Counted from the first letter of the stretch, positions 32,244 to 42,397 are shown. The stretch is DNA of 64,000 nucleotides from Vulcanimicrobiota bacterium (GCA_963812135.1 CAWETU010000001.1:1600001-1664000), one strand, 5' to 3'. The notes: a model not told the origin generated them from the letters alone. Numbers and translations: made by a program.

Positions 32244-33020
32244 ATGACGTCGCGTTCGCTTGTGATCGCCGGTACAGCTGCGTGCCTGGCAGTGTTCCTC
32301 TCTCACGCGACACCGGTTCGCGCGGATACTAGCCAGCCGCTCACCATCTGGTGCAACCCGCCGTTGAGCCACGACGCCGGCCCGCCCGAGGTCGTCGCTC
32401 ATGAAAGGGCGGAAGACAGCCTATGCCATGGCCAGTTCGCGCAGGCCCGCGACACATTCGCGTCGATCGTGCCCTATTGGATCAAGAATCAGAATAACGG
32501 ACGCTGGTGGCTCGATACGGCGCGCGGCTACTTCTATGCGCTCGTCGCGTCGGGCGACGATCAAAAAGCGCGGAATTTCCTGACAAGCATCGAGAACCCG
32601 CCGCCGGCGTGGGTCGCAGCCCCGGGAGATCGCCTTTTTTGGGCCGGCGACGTACGCGGTGCATTCGCGGCGTACGCGGCGGCCGCGAACGCGGAGTTGG
32701 CCCGGCTCCCCGACGACGGAACCGATAAGGTCTTAGAGAACGCGGCGCACGCCAGCGGTGATATAAACGCAGCCATCGCGATCCTTCAGGGACCATCCGG
32801 ACAATCCGGTCCGAGCGACGTCGGCAGCCTCCAGCTGCTCATGCTGGGCGAGGCGTACGAAACGCAGCGGCGCTGGCCAGATGCATTCGCCGCGTGGGTG
32901 CGCGCCGCGAACAACGGTCACGCAGTGCCTGAGTACGACTTTTTCGATCAATGGAATCTGTCGGCGTTGGAGATGATCTACTACTATCGCACTCACATCC
33001 CCGGCGATCAGCGAAGCTAG
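32244..33020 (+). CDS. Secreted helical (TPR-like) hypothetical protein
   Basis: GGGAGG RBS, signal peptide, LGEAYE...W.DAFAAW TPR-like pattern. Confidence 0.7.
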   Translation: MTSRSLVIAGTAACLAVFLSHATPVRADTSQPLTIWCNPPLSHDAGPPEVVAHERAEDSLCHGQFAQARDTFASIVPYWIKNQNNGRWWLDTARGYFYALVASGDDQKARNFLTSIENPPPAWVAAPGDRLFWAGDVRGAFAAYAAAANAELARLPDDGTDKVLENAAHASGDINAAIAILQGPSGQSGPSDVGSLQLLMLGEAYETQRRWPDAFAAWVRAANNGHAVPEYDFFDQWNLSALEMIYYYRTHIPGDQRS

Positions 33021-33025
33021 TCCAT

Positions 33026-34192
33026 TCAGTGCGGTTTGACGATCGTGGTTGTTGGAGGCGGCGGCGGTCCGACTCCCACCGGATCGGAGCACACATACCC
33101 GGCAAGGAATCCGCCGCACACCCGGTACTCGAGGTGAGCGTCTGGGTTGCTCGGCGCATTCGCGATGTCGGAATATCCCGTTTTGGGTTTTAGAATCTGC
33201 GATCCGACCTTCATCCACGGGCCTAAGTTGACGGTGTTCTTCACCACATCATCTGTGATCAAGCGGCGCTCCACCTGGTGATAGTCGTTGTAGTCCGAGC
33301 TCCATTGCACGACGACAACGCTCGGACTCGCGCGATACGCCGATACTCCGCTCGGTTTGATCGGCCCGGGCATTGGGGCAGGTGGAGGCGCGTCGGTCCT
33401 CGCCTGAATCGAACCCCAGTTGCCAACCTTGTGATCCTTGGTGAACTGAACGACGCTGATCGTATACGAGGTCGCGGGCGACAAACCGTCGAGCGTCACT
33501 GAATTTCCAGCGTTGGGAGCATGGGGCATCAGAGGTGTCGAGTTCGTCGTGGTGTTGAGCTTGGCTGGCCCCCAGAGGATCTGATCCTGGTAGAGGTCTG
33601 TGCGCGGCCCGCTGGTCCATATCACTTCCAAGGAATGCCATGTGGTCTTCCCGATTCGGATATTCAGCGGGCTGCTTGGCTGGCCACTAACAGGCGGCGG
33701 TGGGGGCGGCGGCGCCGCTGCTGTCACGTACGCGCGTATCACGCATTCCCACGCCGGGTCCGAATTGTTCGGGTGCGACGCTGGGTCGGCGGGATGGGAG
33801 CCCCCGTTCTCATCTGAATACGCTGTCCAATACATGCAAATGGTGTACGTGTAGGTTGTCTTGGAAGCGAGCCCCGTATCAGTGAATGTGTTTGGAGAGT
33901 TGGGGTTCGTCGACTGGTAGACGAGTTTTGTGCCACGCCATATCCCGACGCCGTCTGGGAGCGTGTACGTCCCCGAATAAATCGCCCACCCAAGCTTGAT
34001 CGATGTCGGCGTCGTGGCGGCTGCGCCTACGTCCGGCGGGGAAAGACATGTTTGAAAATCGGCGACGTAGGTCGGATCGCAATTCAAAGCCCGCGCTTGC
34101 GGAGCGCAAACGATGAGGATCGCGGCGACGATTGGGACGCATCGAATCGCGAGGGTACTCAGTCTGAGCGCGAAAGCAAGCACAGGATACAC
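33026..34192 (-). CDS. Secreted fibronectin type III repeat protein
   Basis: Signal peptide; SIKLGW...FTDTGL..KTTYTY; LEVIW...LDGLSPATSYTISV; poly-Pro linkers; start 34192 or 34183. Confidence 0.8.
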   Translation of the reverse strand: MYPVLAFALRLSTLAIRCVPIVAAILIVCAPQARALNCDPTYVADFQTCLSPPDVGAAATTPTSIKLGWAIYSGTYTLPDGVGIWRGTKLVYQSTNPNSPNTFTDTGLASKTTYTYTICMYWTAYSDENGGSHPADPASHPNNSDPAWECVIRAYVTAAAPPPPPPPVSGQPSSPLNIRIGKTTWHSLEVIWTSGPRTDLYQDQILWGPAKLNTTTNSTPLMPHAPNAGNSVTLDGLSPATSYTISVVQFTKDHKVGNWGSIQARTDAPPPAPMPGPIKPSGVSAYRASPSVVVVQWSSDYNDYHQVERRLITDDVVKNTVNLGPWMKVGSQILKPKTGYSDIANAPSNPDAHLEYRVCGGFLAGYVCSDPVGVGPPPPPTTTIVKPH

Positions 34193-34483
34193 TCCTTATA
34201 AGCTTTTAGCCGCTACGGAGATGCCTATGGACAGCTCTCTTGATAACGCAAGAGGGCACTAGAAAGTGCCGCCAGCTCCCGCGCAAGGTTTGCCCTGATC
34301 GTAACGTCTGGATGTCATGCCCTTCGCCAACTTCCGACAACCTAAAGAAGGCCCTGCGCTGGTGCGATAAAGGGTCCTCCCGCAACATCTAAGTCATAGG
34401 AAGCCTCATCCAACCGCATTACTGTTTCGTAATGCAGGTGGACTATTTTCCCACCCCGTCCCGCTACAAGGAGTTTGAAGGGT

Positions 34484-35143
34484 ATGATCGCTTTCAGGTT
34501 TATCGCTGCGCTCGGCGCGATTGCCGTCCTCGGCATCGGTTCCATCGCGCTCGCCGACAGCATGTCGACGTCCGGCGCCGACGCCGGCAAAGACACGATG
34601 ATGAACGGCGCGATGCACGGCCGTTTCGGCGGACCCGTGTACACCGGCGCGCCGGCGCTCGACGTCACCGCTGCACTCGTCGCCGCCGGCGGCGGAGCCG
34701 CGAATTATTCGACCGCGACCGCGCTCACCAGCATGCTCGGCAAGCCCACCGTCGACGCTGAAGTCGCCAAGCTGACGAAGCAGTACGGCGCCGCCAATGT
34801 CGGCCTGTGGCTCAAGACGTTCGACTTCGCAGTGGATGACTCGCTCAAGATCGCCACGGCGGCGGGCATCAAGCTACCGGCACCGGCACCGCTCACCGGC
34901 AAGGCGCTTGCCGAAGGGCTCGTCAAGGCTGGCGTCGACGGCACCGGTACCTTCCAGATCGAGTTGTTGCTCGACAAGGCCGTGTCGCATAAGATCCACG
35001 TCCAAGTCATGAACGACATCGACAAGGCGCCGGGTCTCGGCAAAAATGCTGACCTCGTGTACCATCAGATCTCGAACCAGGCGTTCTACGATGTCGCGCA
35101 GGCGCTCAACATGAAGGACGTCAAGCTCGCACCGCTCCACTAA
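34484..35143 (+). CDS. Secreted hypothetical protein
   Basis: AAGGAG RBS, signal peptide, Met-rich N-terminus, strongly native codon usage. Confidence 0.85.
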   Translation: MIAFRFIAALGAIAVLGIGSIALADSMSTSGADAGKDTMMNGAMHGRFGGPVYTGAPALDVTAALVAAGGGAANYSTATALTSMLGKPTVDAEVAKLTKQYGAANVGLWLKTFDFAVDDSLKIATAAGIKLPAPAPLTGKALAEGLVKAGVDGTGTFQIELLLDKAVSHKIHVQVMNDIDKAPGLGKNADLVYHQISNQAFYDVAQALNMKDVKLAPLH

Positions 35144-35163
35144 GATCGGGATCGACCAAGGCG

Positions 35164-35197
35164 GAAGAGGACGGCCAAGGCCGGCCTCTTCTTCTTT
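35164..35197 (+). terminator. Intrinsic terminator
   Basis: GAAGAGG.CGGCC-AA-GGCCG.CCTCTTC followed by TTCTTT. Confidence 0.65.
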
Positions 35198-36761
35198 ATG
35201 ATGTGGTCGGCTTCGCTTCGGCGGCCTGCTTGGCGAGCGCAGCCCGATACTCGTCGAGCATTTCGAGCTCGCCTGCATTCGCAAGGGTGTCCTCCTGCAG
35301 CTTCACCCAGTCACGCGGCACGCTGCCGAAGACCGGGCGCTTGTTGCGTGTCCGGTAGATCGCATAGAACGCGATTCCGCAGAGCACCCAAGTCGGGCCG
35401 GCGATGCGACCGATCGGGTGCGTTATGAGCGTGAAGATGAGGATCGCAAAAATCCCAGCAAGCCCCAGCAGCGAGAGCAGCGAGACATCGCCTTTGTGGC
35501 CGGCGACCGTGACCGGCACGTTCAGTGGCATGCGGAAGCGGCGTGGCGCGAGGGGGTCAGTGAACCGCAGCGTGATCAACGCGACGAAGACAAGCGTGTA
35601 CGACAACGCGGCGCCAAATGCGTAAAGGTCGAGCAAGAAATTGATCGCGTCATCACCTTGCCGATAGGCCGCCAATAGCTCGATCAGCGCCACGCCTGCG
35701 AAGATCAAGATCGTGATCACCGGCGTCTTGGTCTTGCGATTCGTCCGCTGGAAGATCGAGGGCAGCAGCTGGAACTTGCCCATGGAATAGGCGATGCGCG
35801 ATGCGCCGAACACACCGGAGTTGCTGGAGATCATCAAGAGCAACGCGCCGATGACCGGAACGATGTAGGCAAGCGCGCCGCCCACGTACGGCAAGGTCGC
35901 CGCGAGCAATGCGATCGCCTTGTCGTTGTTCTGGCTGTTCCCCAAGAACGCGTACATCGGGATCTCTTTACCGCTTGCGTCCGTGATGCCATGCATGCCC
36001 AGCACGAGGTTCGAATATGCGAGTGCGAAGATCAGGATGGTGAGAATGAGCGCGACGGAGGTTCGGGGCATGACCTTCGACGGTTGCTGCGTCTCCTCGG
36101 CCGCCTGCGAGATGCTCTCCAGCCCGACGAACGAGACGATGGCGAACGACACGCCTTTGAGGAGATTGTCCGAGGACGGCCAGTGTTGCTGCATCGTGTG
36201 CACGAGCAGGCCGGGGTCCCACGCGAACAGGAAACCGCACGCGAGGATGAAGGTCTCGGTGCACACGTCGACGGCCGCGACGATCTCGTTGATGCGCGAG
36301 GATTGGCGCACGCCGATCACGTTGATGATCGTCAGAAAACCGGCGACGGCCAGCACGCAGGCGAAATACCAGATGTGATGGTCGGGCTCGGCAAGCCACG
36401 GGATCAGTTTGGGCGAGCTCACGTAGCCGACGGTGAACCAGGCGAAGAGGCTGATGTCGATGGTGAAGTCAAGCAGCACGGCCCAACCGGCTATGAAACC
36501 CATAAAATCGCCGAGCGCGCGCGTCACGAAGAACTGGCCGCCACCCGCGATCGGATATGCGGCCGCCAACTCGGTATAGGCGAGTCCGATGCAGACGTAC
36601 ACGATGCCGGCGAAACCGAACGCGAGGTTGGACGCGCCCGCCGCGATGCCGACTACCGCGCCGAGCGCGACGTAGATGTCGGCGCCGACGTCGGCATAAC
36701 CCCAGGCGTAAGAGCCCCAGGTCGTCACCGCGCGGCGAAGGTCGCTCCCGGTCTTAGCCAA
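35196..36761 (-). CDS. APC family amino acid/cation permease
   Basis: Many TMs; GYADVGADIY, YTELAAAYPIAGGG, FVGLESISQAAEE. Confidence 0.9.
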   Translation of the reverse strand: MAKTGSDLRRAVTTWGSYAWGYADVGADIYVALGAVVGIAAGASNLAFGFAGIVYVCIGLAYTELAAAYPIAGGGQFFVTRALGDFMGFIAGWAVLLDFTIDISLFAWFTVGYVSSPKLIPWLAEPDHHIWYFACVLAVAGFLTIINVIGVRQSSRINEIVAAVDVCTETFILACGFLFAWDPGLLVHTMQQHWPSSDNLLKGVSFAIVSFVGLESISQAAEETQQPSKVMPRTSVALILTILIFALAYSNLVLGMHGITDASGKEIPMYAFLGNSQNNDKAIALLAATLPYVGGALAYIVPVIGALLLMISSNSGVFGASRIAYSMGKFQLLPSIFQRTNRKTKTPVITILIFAGVALIELLAAYRQGDDAINFLLDLYAFGAALSYTLVFVALITLRFTDPLAPRRFRMPLNVPVTVAGHKGDVSLLSLLGLAGIFAILIFTLITHPIGRIAGPTWVLCGIAFYAIYRTRNKRPVFGSVPRDWVKLQEDTLANAGELEMLDEYRAALAKQAAEAKPTTS

Positions 36762-36838
36762 TCTCGCTGCCCCCTCCGGCGCCCGCGCTTTGGGGCGGTT
36801 CGTGGGATTTCCCGCCCGGGCAGCCGAAGATTTGGGAC

Positions 36839-37291
36839 ATGAATCGGACTAACGCCGCTGTGTGCGTCATGGCTTGCCTGTTGCTCGCTTCCGGTTGTGC
36901 GAAGAAGGAAACGACTGCGGCACCCGGCGCGTCGCCGTCGGCATCCCCAGCGCCGCTCCCCTTCAATAAAGCTGTCGATATCGCGTTCAACGACGTCGCC
37001 GTGACAACGGCGGGCGCACCACTGCTCCGCCTCGGCTTCACCGTCCACGATACCTCGAAAGATCCGGTCCAATGCGATCCGTCGGAGTTCGCGATCACAC
37101 TATCGGATGGAACGGTTATCCAAGCGGACCAGTCGGCCGAGAACAAGTGCACGCCGGACGCACTGGATCCGGGCGCGACCGCCAACGCGGTCATGTTCTT
37201 CGTCCTGAAATCCGGATACACTGGGCCGATCACGCTCTCGATGACCGGCAACGATGCGATTGTGGGGAAAGCCGAGACCACGGTCAAGTAA
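36839..37291 (+). CDS. Lipoprotein with DUF4352-like Ig fold
   Basis: Lipobox LASGC, SPSASP linker, EF.ITLSDG...LDPGAT...F. Confidence 0.7.
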   Translation: MNRTNAAVCVMACLLLASGCAKKETTAAPGASPSASPAPLPFNKAVDIAFNDVAVTTAGAPLLRLGFTVHDTSKDPVQCDPSEFAITLSDGTVIQADQSAENKCTPDALDPGATANAVMFFVLKSGYTGPITLSMTGNDAIVGKAETTVK

Positions 37292-37337
37292 GACAGGGAC
37301 GCGTATGGGCGCTGCTTGAAATACAAGCCGCCCGTTC

Positions 37338-37410
<73 letters not shown>

Positions 37411-37545
37411 AAAGAAAAAACGCGAAAAAACCGCACTCTCTAAGGACTTGCGGGTCTTAAGGTTGGGCATTCTGTCCCGAGGACCTTCGCTTCCCCGCGC
37501 GTAGCGTGGATGCAGGGGACTGGCTGTCTTATGGGATGAGCCTGG

Positions 37546-38217
37546 ATGCCTGATGAGAACGGGCGCGGGGAGCCGCAGGTCCAGTGGCGGGAGGTCATCG
37601 GACTGCTGTTCGCCGTCCTTTGCGGTCTCTTGCTCGGACTCGCGGCAGCACCAGCACTTCTACCGAAGCTCGGCTTCGCCATGCTAGATGTCACGTCGGT
37701 CCCACAGGTCCACCGGCATAACACCCGGTGGCACCACACTCCCCAGGTCACGCACGCGGTCGGCACCGGTGCGCATCAATTGCACGTTGCTAGCGATCAA
37801 TCGGCTGCCTCCCGACTACTCGCTGTTCGCCGACTCGCCGTCGATACTGGGTCGCCGGCGCTGTTTCTCACATTCCAAACCCTCTCGCTCGGCGGGCTTG
37901 CCCTGCTCGCTCTCATCGGCATGGTGTGGCTGCGGCGCGATATGTTCACGGTGCTCCTCTGCCGGTGGGCGAAAGATCCTCGCCAATGGCGCAGCCCTGC
38001 GGCGCCGGCTCTTACCAACGCCAGGTGCGTTTTGCATCTCGAAGGCAACGCTTATCAGCTGGGCGCCGAGTTCTTCACTCAGGCCGTTGAAGTGCGATTC
38101 TCCCCATTATTCGTGCGCATCAACGCGCGGGGTTCTGACCGCGTCATCATTCTGCCGCGCCGCATGCCGCGTCTCGCCCCAGCCCGCTCATCGACGCGTC
38201 GAGTCGCGGCCAACTGA
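37546..38217 (+). CDS. Hypothetical membrane protein (2 TM, His-rich loop)
   Basis: Two hydrophobic segments; no recognisable family. Confidence 0.55.
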   Translation: MPDENGRGEPQVQWREVIGLLFAVLCGLLLGLAAAPALLPKLGFAMLDVTSVPQVHRHNTRWHHTPQVTHAVGTGAHQLHVASDQSAASRLLAVRRLAVDTGSPALFLTFQTLSLGGLALLALIGMVWLRRDMFTVLLCRWAKDPRQWRSPAAPALTNARCVLHLEGNAYQLGAEFFTQAVEVRFSPLFVRINARGSDRVIILPRRMPRLAPARSSTRRVAAN

Positions 38218-38249
38218 GCAGCTTTAGTCAACCTTAGTCGTCATCTGGG

Positions 38250-38636
38250 TCAGCTTACGTATCTGAGCAGCACCTCGCCGCCGCGTGCGAGCTGCAGCAG
38301 ATCGAAGTCGTTGCGGATCTCAAGTTCCGTCGTCGTCACTTCGATGATGTTGGGCGCTTGCTTGTGCCCCGTCACCTTCTCGCCGATTTCGCTGAGCTTG
38401 CGGACGCCGATGAACTCGTACGCGGCCGGCTTGTCGTCGATGACGAGATCTTTCGAATCCTCGGCGGCCTCGCGCGTGCCGAATTCCGTCGCCTTGTTGA
38501 TCGCATCGTCGGGATCGGCGGCGTCGACCAAAATGACGTCCTCCCAAGCCTGGTGCGGCCGAGCAGGGTCCTCGTCAGCGTCGCCTTCCTCGCGCTTGGC
38601 GCGTAATGTCGTGATAAGGTGAGCGGCATACCACAT
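38250..38636 (-). CDS. DUF4288-like protein
   Basis: MWYAAHLI...WEDVILVDA..DDAINKA...FIGVRKL. Confidence 0.75.
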   Translation of the reverse strand: MWYAAHLITTLRAKREEGDADEDPARPHQAWEDVILVDAADPDDAINKATEFGTREAAEDSKDLVIDDKPAAYEFIGVRKLSEIGEKVTGHKQAPNIIEVTTTELEIRNDFDLLQLARGGEVLLRYVS

Positions 38637-38690
38637 GAGCTAAATATTCATCCCCCTGAAGCACCCTCGGCGGCGTGGTCTACTTCGGGT

Positions 38691-39209
38691 TCAAGGCGTG
38701 GTGTTCTCGATCGCGTAGCGCACGCCATCGACACCATCGGGCGATGGCAGGTCCGCTTCGAACACCATCCCGCACTTTTCCATCACATGACGCGACGCCA
38801 CGTTTGCAGCTTGCGCGATGCCGATGATGCGTCGCAACCCGACCTGCTCGAGTCCGGTGTCGAGCGAGACACGCGTTATCTCGGTTGCAAAGCCGTGACC
38901 CCAGTACGCGGGCTTCAATGCATACCCGACTTCGACTTCGCCTGCCTCCCGCGGCGAGCGGAAGATGCCCCCATGTCCGACGATCGTGCCCGCGTCATCG
39001 CGGAAAATCCAAAAGCCGAAACCGGCGTCATGCCATCCTTGCATCCAACGAGCATGGCGTTCGCGCGACTCCTGCTCCGATGAGACCTTTCCAAAGAGCC
39101 AACGCTGGATCCGGATGTCGCTATCGGTTTCGATGACGTATTCGACATCGTCGTCTTGGACGCGGCGGCCCGTCAGGCGCTGGGTCTTCACCGTCGACGG
39201 CGCCTTCAT
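38691..39209 (-). CDS. GNAT N-acetyltransferase, RimJ/RimL family
   Basis: TQRL, EVEVGY, YWGHGFATE, NVASRHVMEKCGM. Confidence 0.92.
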   Translation of the reverse strand: MKAPSTVKTQRLTGRRVQDDDVEYVIETDSDIRIQRWLFGKVSSEQESRERHARWMQGWHDAGFGFWIFRDDAGTIVGHGGIFRSPREAGEVEVGYALKPAYWGHGFATEITRVSLDTGLEQVGLRRIIGIAQAANVASRHVMEKCGMVFEADLPSPDGVDGVRYAIENTTP

Positions 39210-39231
39210 TCACGAACCGATCGTTATGGCG

Positions 39232-39660
39232 TTAATATGAAGGCGAAGCCGGAGGTGCCTCACTCGCCGATGATGCTGGTGCATTTCCGCCGGCATCGGT
39301 CACGACGATCTGGCCCTTCATGAAGGGCGCATCTGATGCGAAGATCGGGTACTTGCCGGGCTTCGTCAACGTGATGATGTACACGACGCCACGGGGGAGG
39401 TTGCGCGACGCAAACGCCCCGGTCGTGGAGGCGACCACGTGCGATTGCGATACATCGTCGTTGCGGATCCCGATTTCTGTGCCGGCTTTGACCGTCACGC
39501 TCGATGGCACAAAACCGTAATTGTAGATGATGATCATGACGGGCGGTAACGAGACGGATGGCGTCGGCGGCACATCCGCCGCGGCGACTCCGAGGTTGGC
39601 GACGATCGCCGCTCCGAGCACACCGGCGAGAAGCAGCCAAGCGGGCAGTCTCTTCATCAT
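39232..39660 (-). CDS. Secreted cupredoxin-fold protein lacking type-1 Cu Cys/His ligands
   Basis: F.PSSVTVKAGT...N.D...H...KPGKY...PFMKGQIVV; no Cys in the protein. Confidence 0.75.
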   Translation of the reverse strand: MMKRLPAWLLLAGVLGAAIVANLGVAAADVPPTPSVSLPPVMIIIYNYGFVPSSVTVKAGTEIGIRNDDVSQSHVVASTTGAFASRNLPRGVVYIITLTKPGKYPIFASDAPFMKGQIVVTDAGGNAPASSASEAPPASPSY

Positions 39661-39721
39661 CCCGCCTTCTTATGAGTTCGAGGCGGCGCGTCCTCGCGAA
39701 CGCGCCGCTTGACCGCTTCCG

Positions 39722-42397
39722 TTACGGTGCGGGTGTGATCACTTGCGCGCTCAGCGCGGCGTTGGCCACCCCTCGAACCGCCTCGAGATTGGCCGTGGTG
39801 ACCTCGTCGAGCGACCCGCGGTTGAGCGTCTGCGAGATGCGCGCCGACAGCGATGCGAGCTGATGTCGCGCCAAGGCGGATGCATCGCTCGGCGTTCCAT
39901 AGTCCGGCCGCAGCGCGATGTGCGCCAACAACTGCGCGTATTTGTACTGCAAGGTCCGGTGCACCGCAGGGATGGTCCGCAGCCCCGATTGCGAGAGATC
40001 GCCATACACGCTTTGGTACGTCCAGTCGAACAGATCCGCGAGGCTCATCGTCTGACCGGGTTTGGACGTCCGCAGTTCCATGCTGTCGAGACGCGACATC
40101 ACGTTGGGCTGGAACATGCGCCGCAGCGTGCCGTACTGGAAGTTCGTGATCGAGACCTCGATCGGGAAATCCAGCCGCCCCGTGTCGTTGGGATCGCTCT
40201 GCCAGTGGTTGTAGCGCGTCGCGCCCATGCTGTTGATGAGCTGCGGCGAGATGCGGAAGGCGTTGTCACCGAACACGTAGTTGTCCAGCAAGAGATAGGC
40301 TTGGCGCTCCTGGTCGCGCGGCAGCGGGATGAACGGCGTGCGCGCGTTGGGATCGCCCTTGTGATTGCGTGTGAAGTACTCGGCGCCCATGTACGTCGTC
40401 GCGTAGATCGTATAACGATACCAGTTGCGCAGCACGAGCGCGACGTCGCGCCGCACGATCTCGTAGCTGTCGCCGGTCTGCGGCCGGCGCGACAACAAGA
40501 TGTTGAACATGCGCTGATCGATCGCCAAGTTGTTGCGCGCGAACAGCAGCGGGTTAGTGGTGAGATCGAAGGGCATCGCACGCGGGTCGGTCGCGAATCC
40601 GTCCGCGAACGACGAGTCTTCGTCCGTCGCGTACTGCAGTTCGGGGCGCGTGTATTGCGACGCGAGCGCTTTCAAGGTCGGCATTTCGCCCTCGGGAGAG
40701 CTCGCCGAGATCGGCTCATAGCCGTATTTGATCTGCGCGTAGTCCCACGGGCCGATCGTCAGCATGAAGAGATCGCCCTGCGGCTGGCCATGCGGCGACA
40801 GATTGACCGGCGTATATTCCATGACCGAATTGACGATGCCGTGCGTGCTCGTGAACGACTTGTTCTGGACTTGGGACATCGAGTAGACCATGGAGCCCTG
40901 GAAGTTGTGTCGCAGCCCGAGCGTGTGCCCGAACTCGTGCAGCATGATCTGCTTGATGCTGTCCGACGTGAACTGCGGCGACGGACCGCTCAGGCGTCCG
41001 TCCAGCTCCATCGCAAGTTGCGCCCAGTCGCGTTGTGCAGCGACCTCCGATGCGAGCGCGCAATCGTGCAGCTGGCACGCGAAGCGCGCCGCGGCAGATT
41101 GGTCGGATTGGTTGCGCGTCGGATCGATCAGCTCTTGATAGTTGACCGTGTAGGCGCGCACGATGTTCGCGTCCATGATCACTTCGCCGCGGAAGATCTC
41201 GCCGGTGAGCGGGTTCACAATCGACGGCCCAGCCGCGCCGAACGCGGGGATCGGGGTGGTCGCCCAGCGCACGACAGAATAGCGCGCGTCGTCAGGATCC
41301 CAGTTGGGATCGTCCGGCTGCTGGCGCACCTCGATCGCGTGCGTGATGCCGATGGCTTCAAACGCCTTGTTCCACTCGAGCATCGCTTCGCGCAGCGGCG
41401 GGCGGTACTCCGGCGGCACCTCGTTGAGGATATAGTACACGATCGGGTTCTTGGCGGGCGACACGCGCGCGTTGGGATCCGTCTTCTCGATGTTCCAGCG
41501 GTTGATGTAAACCTCGAAGCTGGTAAGACCGCGCTGCTGGTCGTCGTACTGGCGGCGCGCGGTGAGGAAGTAGCCGACGCGATCGTCGGCCAACCGCGGG
41601 CGGTAGCCGTCGTTGGGCAGCTCGAGAATGCTGTCGTGGATCTTCAGGAACAGGCTGCGGTTGTCGGGCACGGCGTCGATGTTAGGGTCGCCGGTGCTCG
41701 AGCTCCACGTCATATCCGTTTCGACCTCGACGTTCTTCGGGAACGACTTGGTCGGACCGAAATAGCTCAGCGCGGGATTGAGCCCGTAGCGGGCGAGCGG
41801 GTAGGAGCCGGGGTAGTTGATCTGGCTCGTGACGTCGTTGATGTCGGCGAGCAAGAAGTCGGCGGGGATGACGATGTTGCCGGTCGCCTTGTCCACCGAT
41901 GCGATGGCGACCGCGCCGATCGCCGAGGGCGGGAACGAGTTCTCGACGCTCAGCGCTGCTGGCGTGCCCGGCTTGGCTTTGCCGTACGAGTTATCAGAAA
42001 ACACGATGACCCGATCGCCGGTGCGATGGAAGCGTAGCAGGTACGACCCGAAAGGGATGCCCGACACGAGGAAGCGCTGCGCGTCGATGCCGTTGACGAG
42101 CGTCGGCACGAGCAGGTATTGCGTATCGAGTTGCGTCGGCGCGATCTCGAAATACACCCGCCCCGACTTGCGCCATACGGTGAACAGGCCCGGCTGCGAT
42201 TCGGCGTTCTGTTTGAACGTCTCATACGGAGCGCCGGTCACGTCACCGGCGGAGACCGCCGCGGGACCTGGGCTGCCGACTGGGGTGATTGAGACTGGAA
42301 TCGCCACCACGCCCGCCGCGTGCGCCGAATTCGGTACCGAGGCGACGCATGCAAGTGCCGCGATGCACGCGAGGATCGCGCTGCTGATATAACGCAA
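39722..42397 (-). CDS. Secreted zinc metalloprotease (EcxA-like; DUF5117/DUF4953-type architecture)
   Basis: Signal peptide; PRLADDRVGYF, INRW, HEFGHTLGLRHNF, Met-turn SVMEY. Confidence 0.9.
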   Translation of the reverse strand: MRYISSAILACIAALACVASVPNSAHAAGVVAIPVSITPVGSPGPAAVSAGDVTGAPYETFKQNAESQPGLFTVWRKSGRVYFEIAPTQLDTQYLLVPTLVNGIDAQRFLVSGIPFGSYLLRFHRTGDRVIVFSDNSYGKAKPGTPAALSVENSFPPSAIGAVAIASVDKATGNIVIPADFLLADINDVTSQINYPGSYPLARYGLNPALSYFGPTKSFPKNVEVETDMTWSSSTGDPNIDAVPDNRSLFLKIHDSILELPNDGYRPRLADDRVGYFLTARRQYDDQQRGLTSFEVYINRWNIEKTDPNARVSPAKNPIVYYILNEVPPEYRPPLREAMLEWNKAFEAIGITHAIEVRQQPDDPNWDPDDARYSVVRWATTPIPAFGAAGPSIVNPLTGEIFRGEVIMDANIVRAYTVNYQELIDPTRNQSDQSAAARFACQLHDCALASEVAAQRDWAQLAMELDGRLSGPSPQFTSDSIKQIMLHEFGHTLGLRHNFQGSMVYSMSQVQNKSFTSTHGIVNSVMEYTPVNLSPHGQPQGDLFMLTIGPWDYAQIKYGYEPISASSPEGEMPTLKALASQYTRPELQYATDEDSSFADGFATDPRAMPFDLTTNPLLFARNNLAIDQRMFNILLSRRPQTGDSYEIVRRDVALVLRNWYRYTIYATTYMGAEYFTRNHKGDPNARTPFIPLPRDQERQAYLLLDNYVFGDNAFRISPQLINSMGATRYNHWQSDPNDTGRLDFPIEVSITNFQYGTLRRMFQPNVMSRLDSMELRTSKPGQTMSLADLFDWTYQSVYGDLSQSGLRTIPAVHRTLQYKYAQLLAHIALRPDYGTPSDASALARHQLASLSARISQTLNRGSLDEVTTANLEAVRGVANAALSAQVITPAP

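Noticed and set aside
34215..34300. Minus-strand GGGCAAACC plus two hairpins upstream of the FN3 gene
   Set aside because: Lacks the GAAA loop and downstream conserved elements of c-di-GMP-I; isolated hairpins are not enough to call a riboswitch.
34696..34720. REP-like CGAATTATTCGACCG
   Set aside because: Inside a coding frame, no GTAG and incomplete stem.
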